Shown piece by piece: positions 10,801 to 19,000 of a stretch of 64,000 nt of DNA. Numbering within the stretch: the first letter of the stretch is position 1; every line of letters begins with the position of its first letter. The notes below the pieces were generated by a model. That model was not told the DNA's origin, did no database searches, and saw only the letters and a program-made list of their open reading frames with translations. Origin of the DNA: an uncultured delta proteobacterium (GTDB lineage Bacteria > Desulfobacterota > Desulfuromonadia > Geobacterales > DSM-12255); NCBI GenBank assembly GCA_963787125.1, contig CAWBBV010000006.1, forward strand, positions 160,001-224,000. Reading direction: 5' to 3'. Position numbers and translations under genes: made by a program.

Positions 10801-11578
10801 CGGCTATACCATGAATGCCAATGTTCCACCGGCTTCAGGCGGAGAGGACTTCACCGCCGTCTCTTTAGGCGCAAACTACACCGAGAAAAAACTCACCTGG
10901 TCAAACAGAGCCGAATACCGTAACAGTCGCACTGATGACAAATGGGGACTGGTTTCCGGCCTGATTAACGAGCAGGGGCTCAACTGGGGTTGGACAACCA
11001 GATTGCAACTGTTCCATACTCAGTCTGTCGGCGGCAACAGCAACACTAATGCAGACTTGAGATTCGGCCTTGCTTACCGGCCACCGGTGACAAAGTGGAT
11101 AATTCTCGATCGCCTCGACCTTCTGGCAACCGATACGAAGACCGCCACTTCTTCCACTCTGGGGAAACGTCTCGTCAATAATTTAAACGCCAACTACAAA
11201 CCGGACAAGAAAACACAACTCTCGATCCAGTATGGCGCAAAATATGTGCTGGAGAGTATTGATGACAAGGATTACAGCGGCTACACCGATCTGATCGGAC
11301 TTGAAGGTCGCTATGACATCACCAAGGAGTGGGATATCGGTTTAAGAGCTTCACTGCTCCATACCTGGGCAATTGACCAGTTCAAATACAGCCTCGGCTC
11401 TTCCGTCGGCTACAATGTCACGGAAAACGCCTGGCTCAGCCTCGGTTACAACTTTGCCGGTTTCACGGACAAAGACTTTTCAGCGGCAAATTACACAGCA
11501 CAGGGGCCTTTTGTCCAGTTCCGCTTCAAGTTTGACCAGAACTCGGTCAAGGACGGCTTAAAGTCGTTGAACCAGTAA
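4805..11578 (+). CDS. Giant outer-membrane protein: Ig/DUF11 domains, OmpA-like peptidoglycan-binding domain and C-terminal beta-barrel region (start may be 4952)
   Basis: OmpA motifs GHTD...ALSFARA...GEREPIATN...EGRTLNRRVEV; one complete DUF11 domain; about 800 C-terminal aa of amphipathic beta-strands ending QGPFVQFRFKF. Confidence 0.9.
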   Translation: MLITRTQNFCSRISGSFAAALPRISGGNDATAPRHATEVRPVHSHGNNTMKWLWTALFLICLAPFQAIGASNNTQIVNRAQLNSDAPAAIATNVVTLQTGRTASTVEFLKYAPGVAGTVNTHVGNSYYKDSSAAFTPVNNPVAVGTGTPIDLSAPVPLMKTTMYHAGEPLFVKVTDLDQNLDRTVAETVLVTLTDKTTGDTEVLRITETGPDTGIFIGYIQTASTAANGAGNGVLTVSESSSIDAHYVDTVDGTDSSADAALVDPFGILFDTMTGNPVDGATIELLNADGTAATVYGDNGQPTNSYPNKVISGSTAKDAEGNTYTFTPGGYRFPYVNPGSYILKVTPTNNYSSPSTATTQSIQVLPGAPYVILEPGSRGETFTVPAGPAIRVDIPQDPKIGTLWLTKSPGKGIISAGERLNYDLTLENNSAVGTIFSPVITDILPPGFRYEKGSTRINGTAAPDPSISPDGSSMTFALATIPPATTITLRYVVGIGAGAKTGTATNIAFVNAAAAVKSNIAKAAVLVQEPFMQSRNIIMGRVSVGVCGDNGDDNKKGMADIGIYLEDGTFVMSDRFGMFHFEGVQSGSHVVQLDLDSIPEGYKILPCEQNSRFAGRAYSQFVDLQGGTMWRTDFYLGKDLLTQPTAVASTEKSTAAGRGAEAQPATEVATQIASVEKSSAADSKLAAASVKGSDTATPVNYKGEISLEMISSQSGDFIDYRIPLQTATVPLTNLRLTVTLPAGAIYVKGSSSLDSAALTDPTVIAGRILAYQLGATGADSQQELRFRVTIDRKARGGELQTKAGLTFDSPATKDITAPAVDNLLSLVKEEGRLALPKIVIRPQFPTFGAELSEEDRKQLDELAQMLARFKIDHIDVVGHTDIVRIAPRSRNIYADNTALSFARAKSVGRYLTAALHLPPESLNLSGSGEREPIATNKTAEGRTLNRRVEVNVSAAQTIETSRLTITKERSGLKKQDTTGVTMKQTGEELNNLSPLQPKYETMVVQPASNATETVIAAGNSASAAPLQQVARQEKMAKQETTSTQKNTSALIPAKSEEHVALFSAINEGVVHYRLKLVNIKEPLKNVTATLITPKSFLYVTGTSKLAGLSIADPASTEAVVSYSFTQLQDAKTFDVTLQALIDGDDRNEALGSSVTVVIADKDGKPLKTYTATAELSDNMEDINKQDIPVTAPVNAAAAENNEKEPGIKTNEQLYEYIEKVALKTKDAKTDAAVTDSGLHVKEMEGILSPADTSILATRINAVRIVLNSALTPVLTVDGKEVSAERIGFSMKDKESGKSLYTYIGVDFGEEGEHLLQLKGVDGFNVARFDKTAKITRTGEIASIRLVSAENNIADGKTPVRVRVQLFDKLDKPVPANAELSIKGGDLKVITIGESYSRTAGNATVTVAEDGWISFAPVTSSGLYRTHLAYNKAEIDIETYVKPKMRDWILVGLAEGTAGYNTVSGHMENLKNSGEEDHLYDKERLALYAKGTVKGEWLMTMAYDSAKKNTGVVGNGLFQTIDPNSYYTIYGDSSAQMYDSASQRKLYLKIEREQFYAMFGDYDTGLTFTELSRYSRRMNGVKSEYRSKNYDVTVFGSETGQSFVKDELRGDGTSGLYRLSKQGIVLNSEKITIESRDRFHSEVITETRQMNRFVDYSIDYDTGAIFFKSPVPNRDEKLNPVYIIVDYEILNAGKDALTYGGHAATRLMNGKLQVGGTYVHEGHISGSGNLYGADATAILAPGTKARAEFAATNDDTGVKKSGNAYLAEVVHTGKSIDGKVYFREQEEGFGLGQQKASEGGTRKFGVEAAYRLNNKVTLNSQGYRQYNLSTGAVRDFAETLASYNEKQYTLRTGIRYANDTLPDGTNATSVLATAGGSWKSADQKLTLRADHDQALFSKNINTDFPTRSVLGVDYQATKAVTLFAQEELTYGAAANTNTTRVGVKSTPWSGGTVNSSVVNDIRENGERTFANVGLTQKWQLNPHWAVDGGLDHSETIHKKIGYTMNANVPPASGGEDFTAVSLGANYTEKKLTWSNRAEYRNSRTDDKWGLVSGLINEQGLNWGWTTRLQLFHTQSVGGNSNTNADLRFGLAYRPPVTKWIILDRLDLLATDTKTATSSTLGKRLVNNLNANYKPDKKTQLSIQYGAKYVLESIDDKDYSGYTDLIGLEGRYDITKEWDIGLRASLLHTWAIDQFKYSLGSSVGYNVTENAWLSLGYNFAGFTDKDFSAANYTAQGPFVQFRFKFDQNSVKDGLKSLNQ

Positions 11579-11733
11579 GTCGTCGTGGGTAACAGCACAG
11601 GGGTACGGCTGGCAGGATTTCGCCACCAGTGCACTGCCGGAATGAGTAACCACCTGATTGTCAGTCGTTCATTTCAAAGGCTCACCATGCAACAAGGCAA
11701 TAAAAAAAAATATCTGCATCTCAGCTGACAGCT

Positions 11734-14700
11734 ATGGGCAGACTGTCTAACCGGGCAGCCGGGGCCATCAAACCAGCCCTGAAGTGTCTTGCGGGCATGG
11801 CCTTCACCGCTTTGTTGATCGTGATGATAACGAGCCTTCCGGCGCACGCGGTCCAGCGCAGCTTCCTCAACAACGGTTTCGAGTCGATCTGGGGACCATT
11901 GGTCGGCGCGAACACTAACTATTGCTGGGTATACGATGGTTCTGAGTACCCTTGGTTATCAAACGACAACTCAGCTGCTGGCACCGGCCCATGTAATGGT
12001 TACAACGGCGGCAGCTATGGCAGCGGAACCAACATTGTCGAAATCTGGTTCAACAATTTTAATGGGGTTCCAGCACGCGCGGGGAATGTCCACGCCGAGC
12101 TCAACGCCAACACCGCTTCCACCCTCCATCAGAATGTCTGTGTGCTGCAGAACGAGGATATAACCTGGCGGCTCAGCCATCGGGGAAGAGATGGCGTAGA
12201 TCAGATGCAATACTACATCGGCAACGCCGTGACCGGCATGGTGCTTGACGCATCCACCGGCAACACCGGCGCGACGACTATCAACGCCTGCCAGACCGGA
12301 ACTTCTGTAACTACCACCAGCGCCTGTACACAGTCCACAGTTAACACCTGGGGAGATTATGGCGGCGTCTTCAAGTGGTTGGGCCCTTCAGCTGTCACCT
12401 CTGTCAACTTCCAGGCGATCAGCACCAATGGGGGGGCCGGATCGCTCACCGTCGGCAACTTCCTCGACGAGGTCTATTTCTACCTCAAGCCCATCGTCGA
12501 GTTCTCTGCCAGCAACAGCAGCGGTCTGGAGTCGGTCGCGACGCCGGCTTCGCCCAAATTGCGCGTGGTCGGTGCGCTGACCTCCCCTCTCACCGTTTCC
12601 GTTTCGATCACCGGCGGCACGGCAGTGCGTGGAATCGATTATACCACCCCCAACGGATCAGCAGATTTCACGGTCACCATCCCGGTCGGCAATTACGTTG
12701 AAACCGATTCGTTCAACACCGGCATCCAGATCATCAATGACAAGATCGCCAATGGTGACAGAACCATCATCATGAAGGTCAACGCCGATTCCGCCTACAT
12801 CATCAGTTCTTCTGCGACCTGCGGCGGGGCAGTCAATAACCCGGCCACCTACACCATCCTCGACGACGACGCTAACATCCGGCTTATCAAGACCACCATC
12901 GGCGGCACCGGCACCTTCACGTACACCCTCACCAACGTCGACACCAATCTGGTCACCGCCGGCAACCAGACTGCCGCCAGCATCACTACAACCGTAGCGG
13001 GAACGCCGGTAGAGTTCGACGCCGACAGCGGCACGGCCGGGATCCAGCCGATCTTGGTGGCTGCCGTCGGTACGAGAGTGGACATCACTGAAACGATCCC
13101 TGGTGGGTGGTCCTTGTCCGGCAGCTGTTCAGTGACCGGCGGCACCAACCCGACCGCCGCGCCTATCGCCATCAACTCCACAACAGGCTTTGTGAGGATA
13201 CCGTCCGCAAATTTGACAGCGGGCTCGACTGCGACCTGCTTTTTCAATAACACCAATAGTCTAAGCCTGACCAAGGGCTTCAGCACCGGCACCATAGGTG
13301 TCGGCCAAACCGCCAGGTTGACCTACACTATTACTAATCCGGCAGGGGGGACAGCCAAAACCGGCCTCAGCTTTACCGACTCATTCCAGTCAAACCTCGT
13401 TGTTGCGGCAACGCCGAACGTTGTGAACAACTGCGGCGGCACGACGCCAACAGCTACTGGAGGTAACACATCGTTCGCAGTTACCAGCGTCAACGCCGCG
13501 GCCGGCACTTCCACCTGCACCATCTCCGTGGATGTGACCAGCACTATTGCCGGCAGTTACGTAAACGGCTATGGGCAGGTTTCGACGACTGCCCCTCTGG
13601 TTAACGGCGTTACCGCCCAGACGCTGAACGTCGTCCAAGCCGGCCTGACAAAATCCTTCAACCCCACCACCATCGACCCGGGCGGCACCAGTACGCTGAC
13701 CTTCACCCTGGCCAACGGCAGCGGTAACCCGGCCCAATCCGGCATTAACTTCAAAGACACCCTGCCTGCCAATGTCGCGGTGGCGGGAACGCCGGCAATC
13801 ACATCCACCTGTTTATCAGGAACAGGCGTTGTGACGACCACTGCCGGCCCTCCCGGCACCATCACCGTTACCGGCGCGTCCATGAGTAACGACATGGCCA
13901 CCTGCACGATCACAGTCAACGTAACAAGCAACGTGCCGGGCGGCCCTTACAGTAACACCAGCGGCAGTATCTCCGGACTGGCAAGGTTGACCAACAATGT
14001 CACCCAGAGCGACCTGTACGTCCGGGGCGTTAACCTGACCAAATCCTTCAATACCGGGACCATCGCCGTCGGCCAGACCGCCAGACTGACCTTCGCCATC
14101 CAGAATCCGGCAGGGTCCGCGGCAAAAACCGGCCTCAGCTTCACCGACTTGTTCCCAACCGGCCTCGTCATTGCTGCGACGCCGAATGTGGTCAATACCT
14201 GCGGCGGGACGACACCATCGGCTAGCGGCGGAGCCACATCGTTTGTCGTTAACAGTGTCAACTCCGCAGTGGGCCCCTCAACCTGCACCATCGCCGTAAA
14301 CGTGACCAGCAGCAGTGCCAGCAACGGCTATGTCAACGGCGCCGGCCAGCTGACGGTCACTGCACCGCTGTTGAACGGCGTTACCGACCAGACACTGAAG
14401 GTGCTCGCCCCGCCGACCATCGCCAAGGCCTTCGGCGCAGCCAGCATCAGCCTGAACGGGACAACCTCACTTAACCTCACCGTGACCAACCTCAACACCG
14501 GCACCGCCATCAGCGGCATTGCCTTCACCGACACCCTGCCGCCCGGCCTCACTGCCGCTAATGGCACCACGGCGGCCTGCAACGGCGGTTCGCTGGTTAT
14601 TTCGGGCAGTAACCTGCTGACTTTCACTGGCGGCACTCTGGCAGCCGGCGCCAACTGCGTCATCTCCGCCACCGTAACCGGCACCTCCACCGGTGCCAAG

Positions 14701-15840
14701 AACAACACCACCGGAGCAGTTTCTGCCAGCGGGCCGATTACCCTCAACGGTCTAGTCTCCAACACTGCCACGGTAACTGTCCGGCCGATTCCGACGGTAC
14801 AGATACAGAAAACCTCCACCAACGGCACCGGCGCTTTTGGCTATACCATGACAAACCTGGCAGCTGCTACCGCAACTATTACCACAGTAACTGCCGGCAC
14901 TGCAGTGAACGGCACAGCCAACAATGTGACGTTGACGACGAGCAATGTCACCATCACCGAGGGGACCGTCCCGTCAGGCTGGCCCGCCAATCCGGTCTCT
15001 GCGTCCTGTTCCGATTCCAACAGTGCGGTCACCGGTAACCCTGCTTCTTTCGGCTCACTGGCAGGAAACGTACTCACGATCCTTTCGGCCAATCTTCTGC
15101 CAGGGGGGGTGATCACCTGTTCGTTCGTGAACACGGCAACCGCCACCATCACCGTCAACAAAACGCTCTCCCCTTCATCAAGCGGCGGCACCTTTAATCT
15201 ACTTGTCGGGGCCGCCACGGTTGCCTCAGCAGTCGGCAACGGCGGCAGCGGCGTTGCAACAGTGCCGGTTGGCGTGACAGTGTCTGTCAGTGAAACTGCT
15301 GCCGGCACAACCAATCTGGCTGATTACGATTCATCCTATAGCTGTACCGGAGGGGTTACCGGTTCGGGAACCAGTGTCAACATTACACCGACCATTGGCC
15401 TGGCAGTTACCTGCACTTTCACCAACACTCTCAGGATGCCGCTCCTCTCCATACTCAAATCTGCCAACAGAGCAACCGTTAACCCCGGACAAGTCATCGT
15501 CTATACCGTGCAGGTCGTCAATTCCGGCGCCGGAGTGGGCACCAATGTCGTCCTGACTGATGACCTCAGTCCTTACTCATCGTTTGGCCTGAACAGTTAC
15601 GGAGCTGGCGTCCGTTTCGCCTTTACCGACAGCACTCCGACACCATCAGGACTCTCGCTCGGCACGCCGGAGTATTCCTACACCAATGGTTCAAGCTGGT
15701 TCACAGCGCCTCTCACTGATCAAGGCGGCGGTGCTCCAAGCGGCTATGACGGCCTCGTCACCAACTGGAGAATCCCAATGACCGGCACCATCAGGGCAGG
15801 TGGCAGCTTTATTCTCAATTACCAGGTGATTGTGAAGTAG
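11734..15840 (+). CDS. Large fibrillar adhesin: N-terminal putative binding domain, Calx-beta, prealbumin/SpaA-like and four K-D-N Ig repeats, C-terminal DUF11
   Basis: Signal peptide ending AHA; Calx-beta pattern (GTAVRGIDY...TILDDD); repeats starting LTKGF, LTKSF, LTKSF, IAKAF. Confidence 0.88.
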   Translation: MGRLSNRAAGAIKPALKCLAGMAFTALLIVMITSLPAHAVQRSFLNNGFESIWGPLVGANTNYCWVYDGSEYPWLSNDNSAAGTGPCNGYNGGSYGSGTNIVEIWFNNFNGVPARAGNVHAELNANTASTLHQNVCVLQNEDITWRLSHRGRDGVDQMQYYIGNAVTGMVLDASTGNTGATTINACQTGTSVTTTSACTQSTVNTWGDYGGVFKWLGPSAVTSVNFQAISTNGGAGSLTVGNFLDEVYFYLKPIVEFSASNSSGLESVATPASPKLRVVGALTSPLTVSVSITGGTAVRGIDYTTPNGSADFTVTIPVGNYVETDSFNTGIQIINDKIANGDRTIIMKVNADSAYIISSSATCGGAVNNPATYTILDDDANIRLIKTTIGGTGTFTYTLTNVDTNLVTAGNQTAASITTTVAGTPVEFDADSGTAGIQPILVAAVGTRVDITETIPGGWSLSGSCSVTGGTNPTAAPIAINSTTGFVRIPSANLTAGSTATCFFNNTNSLSLTKGFSTGTIGVGQTARLTYTITNPAGGTAKTGLSFTDSFQSNLVVAATPNVVNNCGGTTPTATGGNTSFAVTSVNAAAGTSTCTISVDVTSTIAGSYVNGYGQVSTTAPLVNGVTAQTLNVVQAGLTKSFNPTTIDPGGTSTLTFTLANGSGNPAQSGINFKDTLPANVAVAGTPAITSTCLSGTGVVTTTAGPPGTITVTGASMSNDMATCTITVNVTSNVPGGPYSNTSGSISGLARLTNNVTQSDLYVRGVNLTKSFNTGTIAVGQTARLTFAIQNPAGSAAKTGLSFTDLFPTGLVIAATPNVVNTCGGTTPSASGGATSFVVNSVNSAVGPSTCTIAVNVTSSSASNGYVNGAGQLTVTAPLLNGVTDQTLKVLAPPTIAKAFGAASISLNGTTSLNLTVTNLNTGTAISGIAFTDTLPPGLTAANGTTAACNGGSLVISGSNLLTFTGGTLAAGANCVISATVTGTSTGAKNNTTGAVSASGPITLNGLVSNTATVTVRPIPTVQIQKTSTNGTGAFGYTMTNLAAATATITTVTAGTAVNGTANNVTLTTSNVTITEGTVPSGWPANPVSASCSDSNSAVTGNPASFGSLAGNVLTILSANLLPGGVITCSFVNTATATITVNKTLSPSSSGGTFNLLVGAATVASAVGNGGSGVATVPVGVTVSVSETAAGTTNLADYDSSYSCTGGVTGSGTSVNITPTIGLAVTCTFTNTLRMPLLSILKSANRATVNPGQVIVYTVQVVNSGAGVGTNVVLTDDLSPYSSFGLNSYGAGVRFAFTDSTPTPSGLSLGTPEYSYTNGSSWFTAPLTDQGGGAPSGYDGLVTNWRIPMTGTIRAGGSFILNYQVIVK
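15487..15542 (+). repeat. 56-bp exact repeat shared by the C-terminal domains of the two adhesins (second copy 21378-21433)
   Basis: GGACAAGTCATCGTCTATACC...GGAGTGGGCAC is identical. A second block, 15778-15836 vs 21660-21718, has one mismatch. Confidence 0.9.
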
Positions 15841-16001
15841 GCACGTAGCCAACTTAGTTAAACTCTGGATATATTATCCCGGTGATAAATGACTCTAATT
15901 GAGATGGTACCCACTACAGGCTGCTAATCCCGGTCAACCGGGAAATTTTTGATATATTTGCATAGAAGAATTTTTGCGGAGATGCTCAGATTGTAATCGC
16001 A

Positions 16002-19000
16002 ATGATTTGCGGAGAAACAGCAATGCTAAATATTTCAAAATCACTTCTTACCATTCCCTCCCCGGCGAAATTTTATTGCCGTCGTTTTCTGCTGCTATTC
16101 TATCAACTATTACTCGCTTATCTGATCCTCCCGCTCTTCAGTATTTGCGTGGCTCACGCCGCTGTCATCAACGAACCGATGACCAATGCCACTGCGCCAT
16201 CCTGGGTTATCGGCGGTTCAGCCTTCCTGACCGCCAGCTCCGGTCTTGACCCGAACGGCAACGGCTGGCTGCGGCTGACAGATCTCAACACGAATCAGGC
16301 CGGCTTCGCTTATCTTGACTCCGGTTTCAGCATCTCCTCCGGCGCAGTGATTTCTTTTGATTACACGTCATGGGGGGGGGCTGGTGACGGCGGATTCGGC
16401 TGCGGCAACACCGGTGCCGATGGCTACAGCGTGTTCCTGTTTGACGGCTCGCAAAGTTTTTCGGTCGGCGCCACGGGCGGATCACTCGGCTATGCGCAAA
16501 AGACAGTTGCACCGGTCAATACAGGCCTTGCCTATGGCTATATCGGTATCGGCGTTGACGAGTGGGGTAACTTCGCCAACCAGACAGAAGGGCGGATCGG
16601 CGGTGTGGGGGGTATTTGTAACGGCGTAGCAGTGCGCGGCCCCTACAACCATCCATCCGGCAAATACAACTATCTTGGCGGCAACGCCAGTGGAGCCGTG
16701 CTCGCCTATCCAGGACTGGCCTTCCGCCCCCAGCAGGATGGCGGCCAGTACCGCAAAGTTCTCATCTATCTCACCCCCCAGGCAGCGCCCAACTACCTGA
16801 AAGTAGACGTCTACCTGCAATCAGGCTACAGTAGCTTCCCGGTTCAGGTAGTCAATGGACTCATGGTCGCCCAGCCCATTCCGGCAACGGTCAAGATCGG
16901 CTATGCCGCCAGCACCGGCGGGTCGAACAACTATCATGAGATTCGTAATCTGATCATCGATCCGCTCCCCACTTCCGATATCGACCTGACAATGGCAAAA
17001 ACCGTTTCCTCTTCTACGGTGACGCAAGGGGGGGCGATCTCGTATGGCCTTATCGTGCGCAATACCGGCCCGCTTAATGTTACCGCCACCAACGTGCCGA
17101 TCACCGACACAATTCCTGCAGCCATAACCGGGGTCACCTGGACCTGCGCCGGCTCAGGCGGCGCAACCTGCGGTGCGGCGTCAGGCAGCGGCAACAGCAT
17201 CAACACCACAACAACACTCCCCCTGAACGGCTACGCGACCTACACCATCAGCGGTACCGTCAGCGCGGCAACCCCGCTCGGCACGGTTATCAACAATACT
17301 GCCACCCTGACCCCGCCGGCAGGGATCACCGATCTGAACGCCGGCAACAACAGCGACACAGCAACCACGACTGTTACCAGCGGCACTGTTGCCCTGTCAG
17401 GAAACATCTTCATTGACAACGGCGCTGGCGGCGGCACCGCCTACGATGGCATCAAAAACGGCACTGAAGCCAATGTTACTGCCACGACCATCGGCAATAC
17501 CTACTATGTCAAGGTCTACCGGTCCAGCGACCTCACCACGCAGGTCGGGATTGCGACAGTGGCGGGCGGTGCAAGCACCTATTCCATCAACGTTCCTGCT
17601 TACGGCACGTATACGGTCATTCTCAGTTCAGACAATACGACTAACTTTACCCCCTCCTTACCAAACGTTCAGTATATCTATACTTTGCCCCTGAACTTCA
17701 CCCTGACGAATGTAGTAACAAGCGGCGCCGCCCTGCCCAATCAGAACTTCGGTGTATTTCGTGGCAGCCGCATCAGCGGCAAGGTCATCCGTGACACCGG
17801 CTTGAACGGCAGCATTGCCAATGCCAACGATGGCATACTCAACGCCGCCGAGACCGGCATTTCCGGCGTTACCGTTACCTTGCGCAACAATACCGGCGGA
17901 ACTACTTATGATACCGAAATTACCGATGCTAATGGTAATTTTACCCTTTATACCAATCTTGCCACCACTCCCCTGCGCATTTATGAAGCAAACCCGGTCG
18001 GCTACACGTCGGTGAACGCAAATATCGGTACCACCGGCGGCACCTACACCATCGGCACCGATTTCATCGACTTTCCCGGCTACACCCGGTATACCGATTA
18101 CAGCGGCATCATTTTCAGTGATGTTCCTAACAACACCTTCCTTCCGACACCGCAAAGCGCCGGCGGATCGTCACAAGCCCCGGTATACTTCCCCCATACC
18201 TTCACCCCTGGCAGCGGCGGCAGCGTCACTTTCGCCACCACCGGGCGAACCCAGACGACCTGGCCGGCGATAGTCTACTATCGCGACACAAACTGCAGCG
18301 GTACCTATAACCCGGGCGAACCGGTCATCAGCGGGGCAATTACCGCCTCGGCCAACACCCCGATCTGCATCCTGGTAATGGATACTGTTCCCGGTGGCAC
18401 CACCCCCCCCGCAACCGACACCATTACCACGACGGCAACCTTCACTTTCACCAACTCTGTCGGCCCGGTAACTTCAACGCATGCGGTTATTGACACCCTG
18501 AACGTCTATACACCGCCGACCCTCACCAAGACCTTTGGAGCGTCGAGCATCCTTGCCGGGGGCAACACGACCCTGACCTTGACTCTAACCAATCCGGCCG
18601 CCAATCCTGCCGCTATCACCACCGTCAGCATGGATGACACCTTCCCCGCCGGGCTGACCCTGCAGAACAATACAATCACCTTCACCCCGGCTTTCTGCGG
18701 TACGGTCACCAGGATCTCCGGCGCTGCTTCGGCAGCCGGCGACAACAATGTCCGCTTTACCGCCGGATCCATAGCTTCAGCAGCCACCTGCCGGGCGGTA
18801 ATGAATGTTACCAGTTCGACCGCCGGCAGTATCACCAACACCACCACAGCGCCGACAGCGGCCGGACCGGCAACAACCACCGGCACTGCGGCTTCGGCGG
18901 TGCTGATCATCTATGCCAAACCGACGGTCAGCAAAGCTTTCGGCTCTTCCACCATTTCCAGCGGCGACAGCACCACCATGACCCTGACACTCACAAACCC

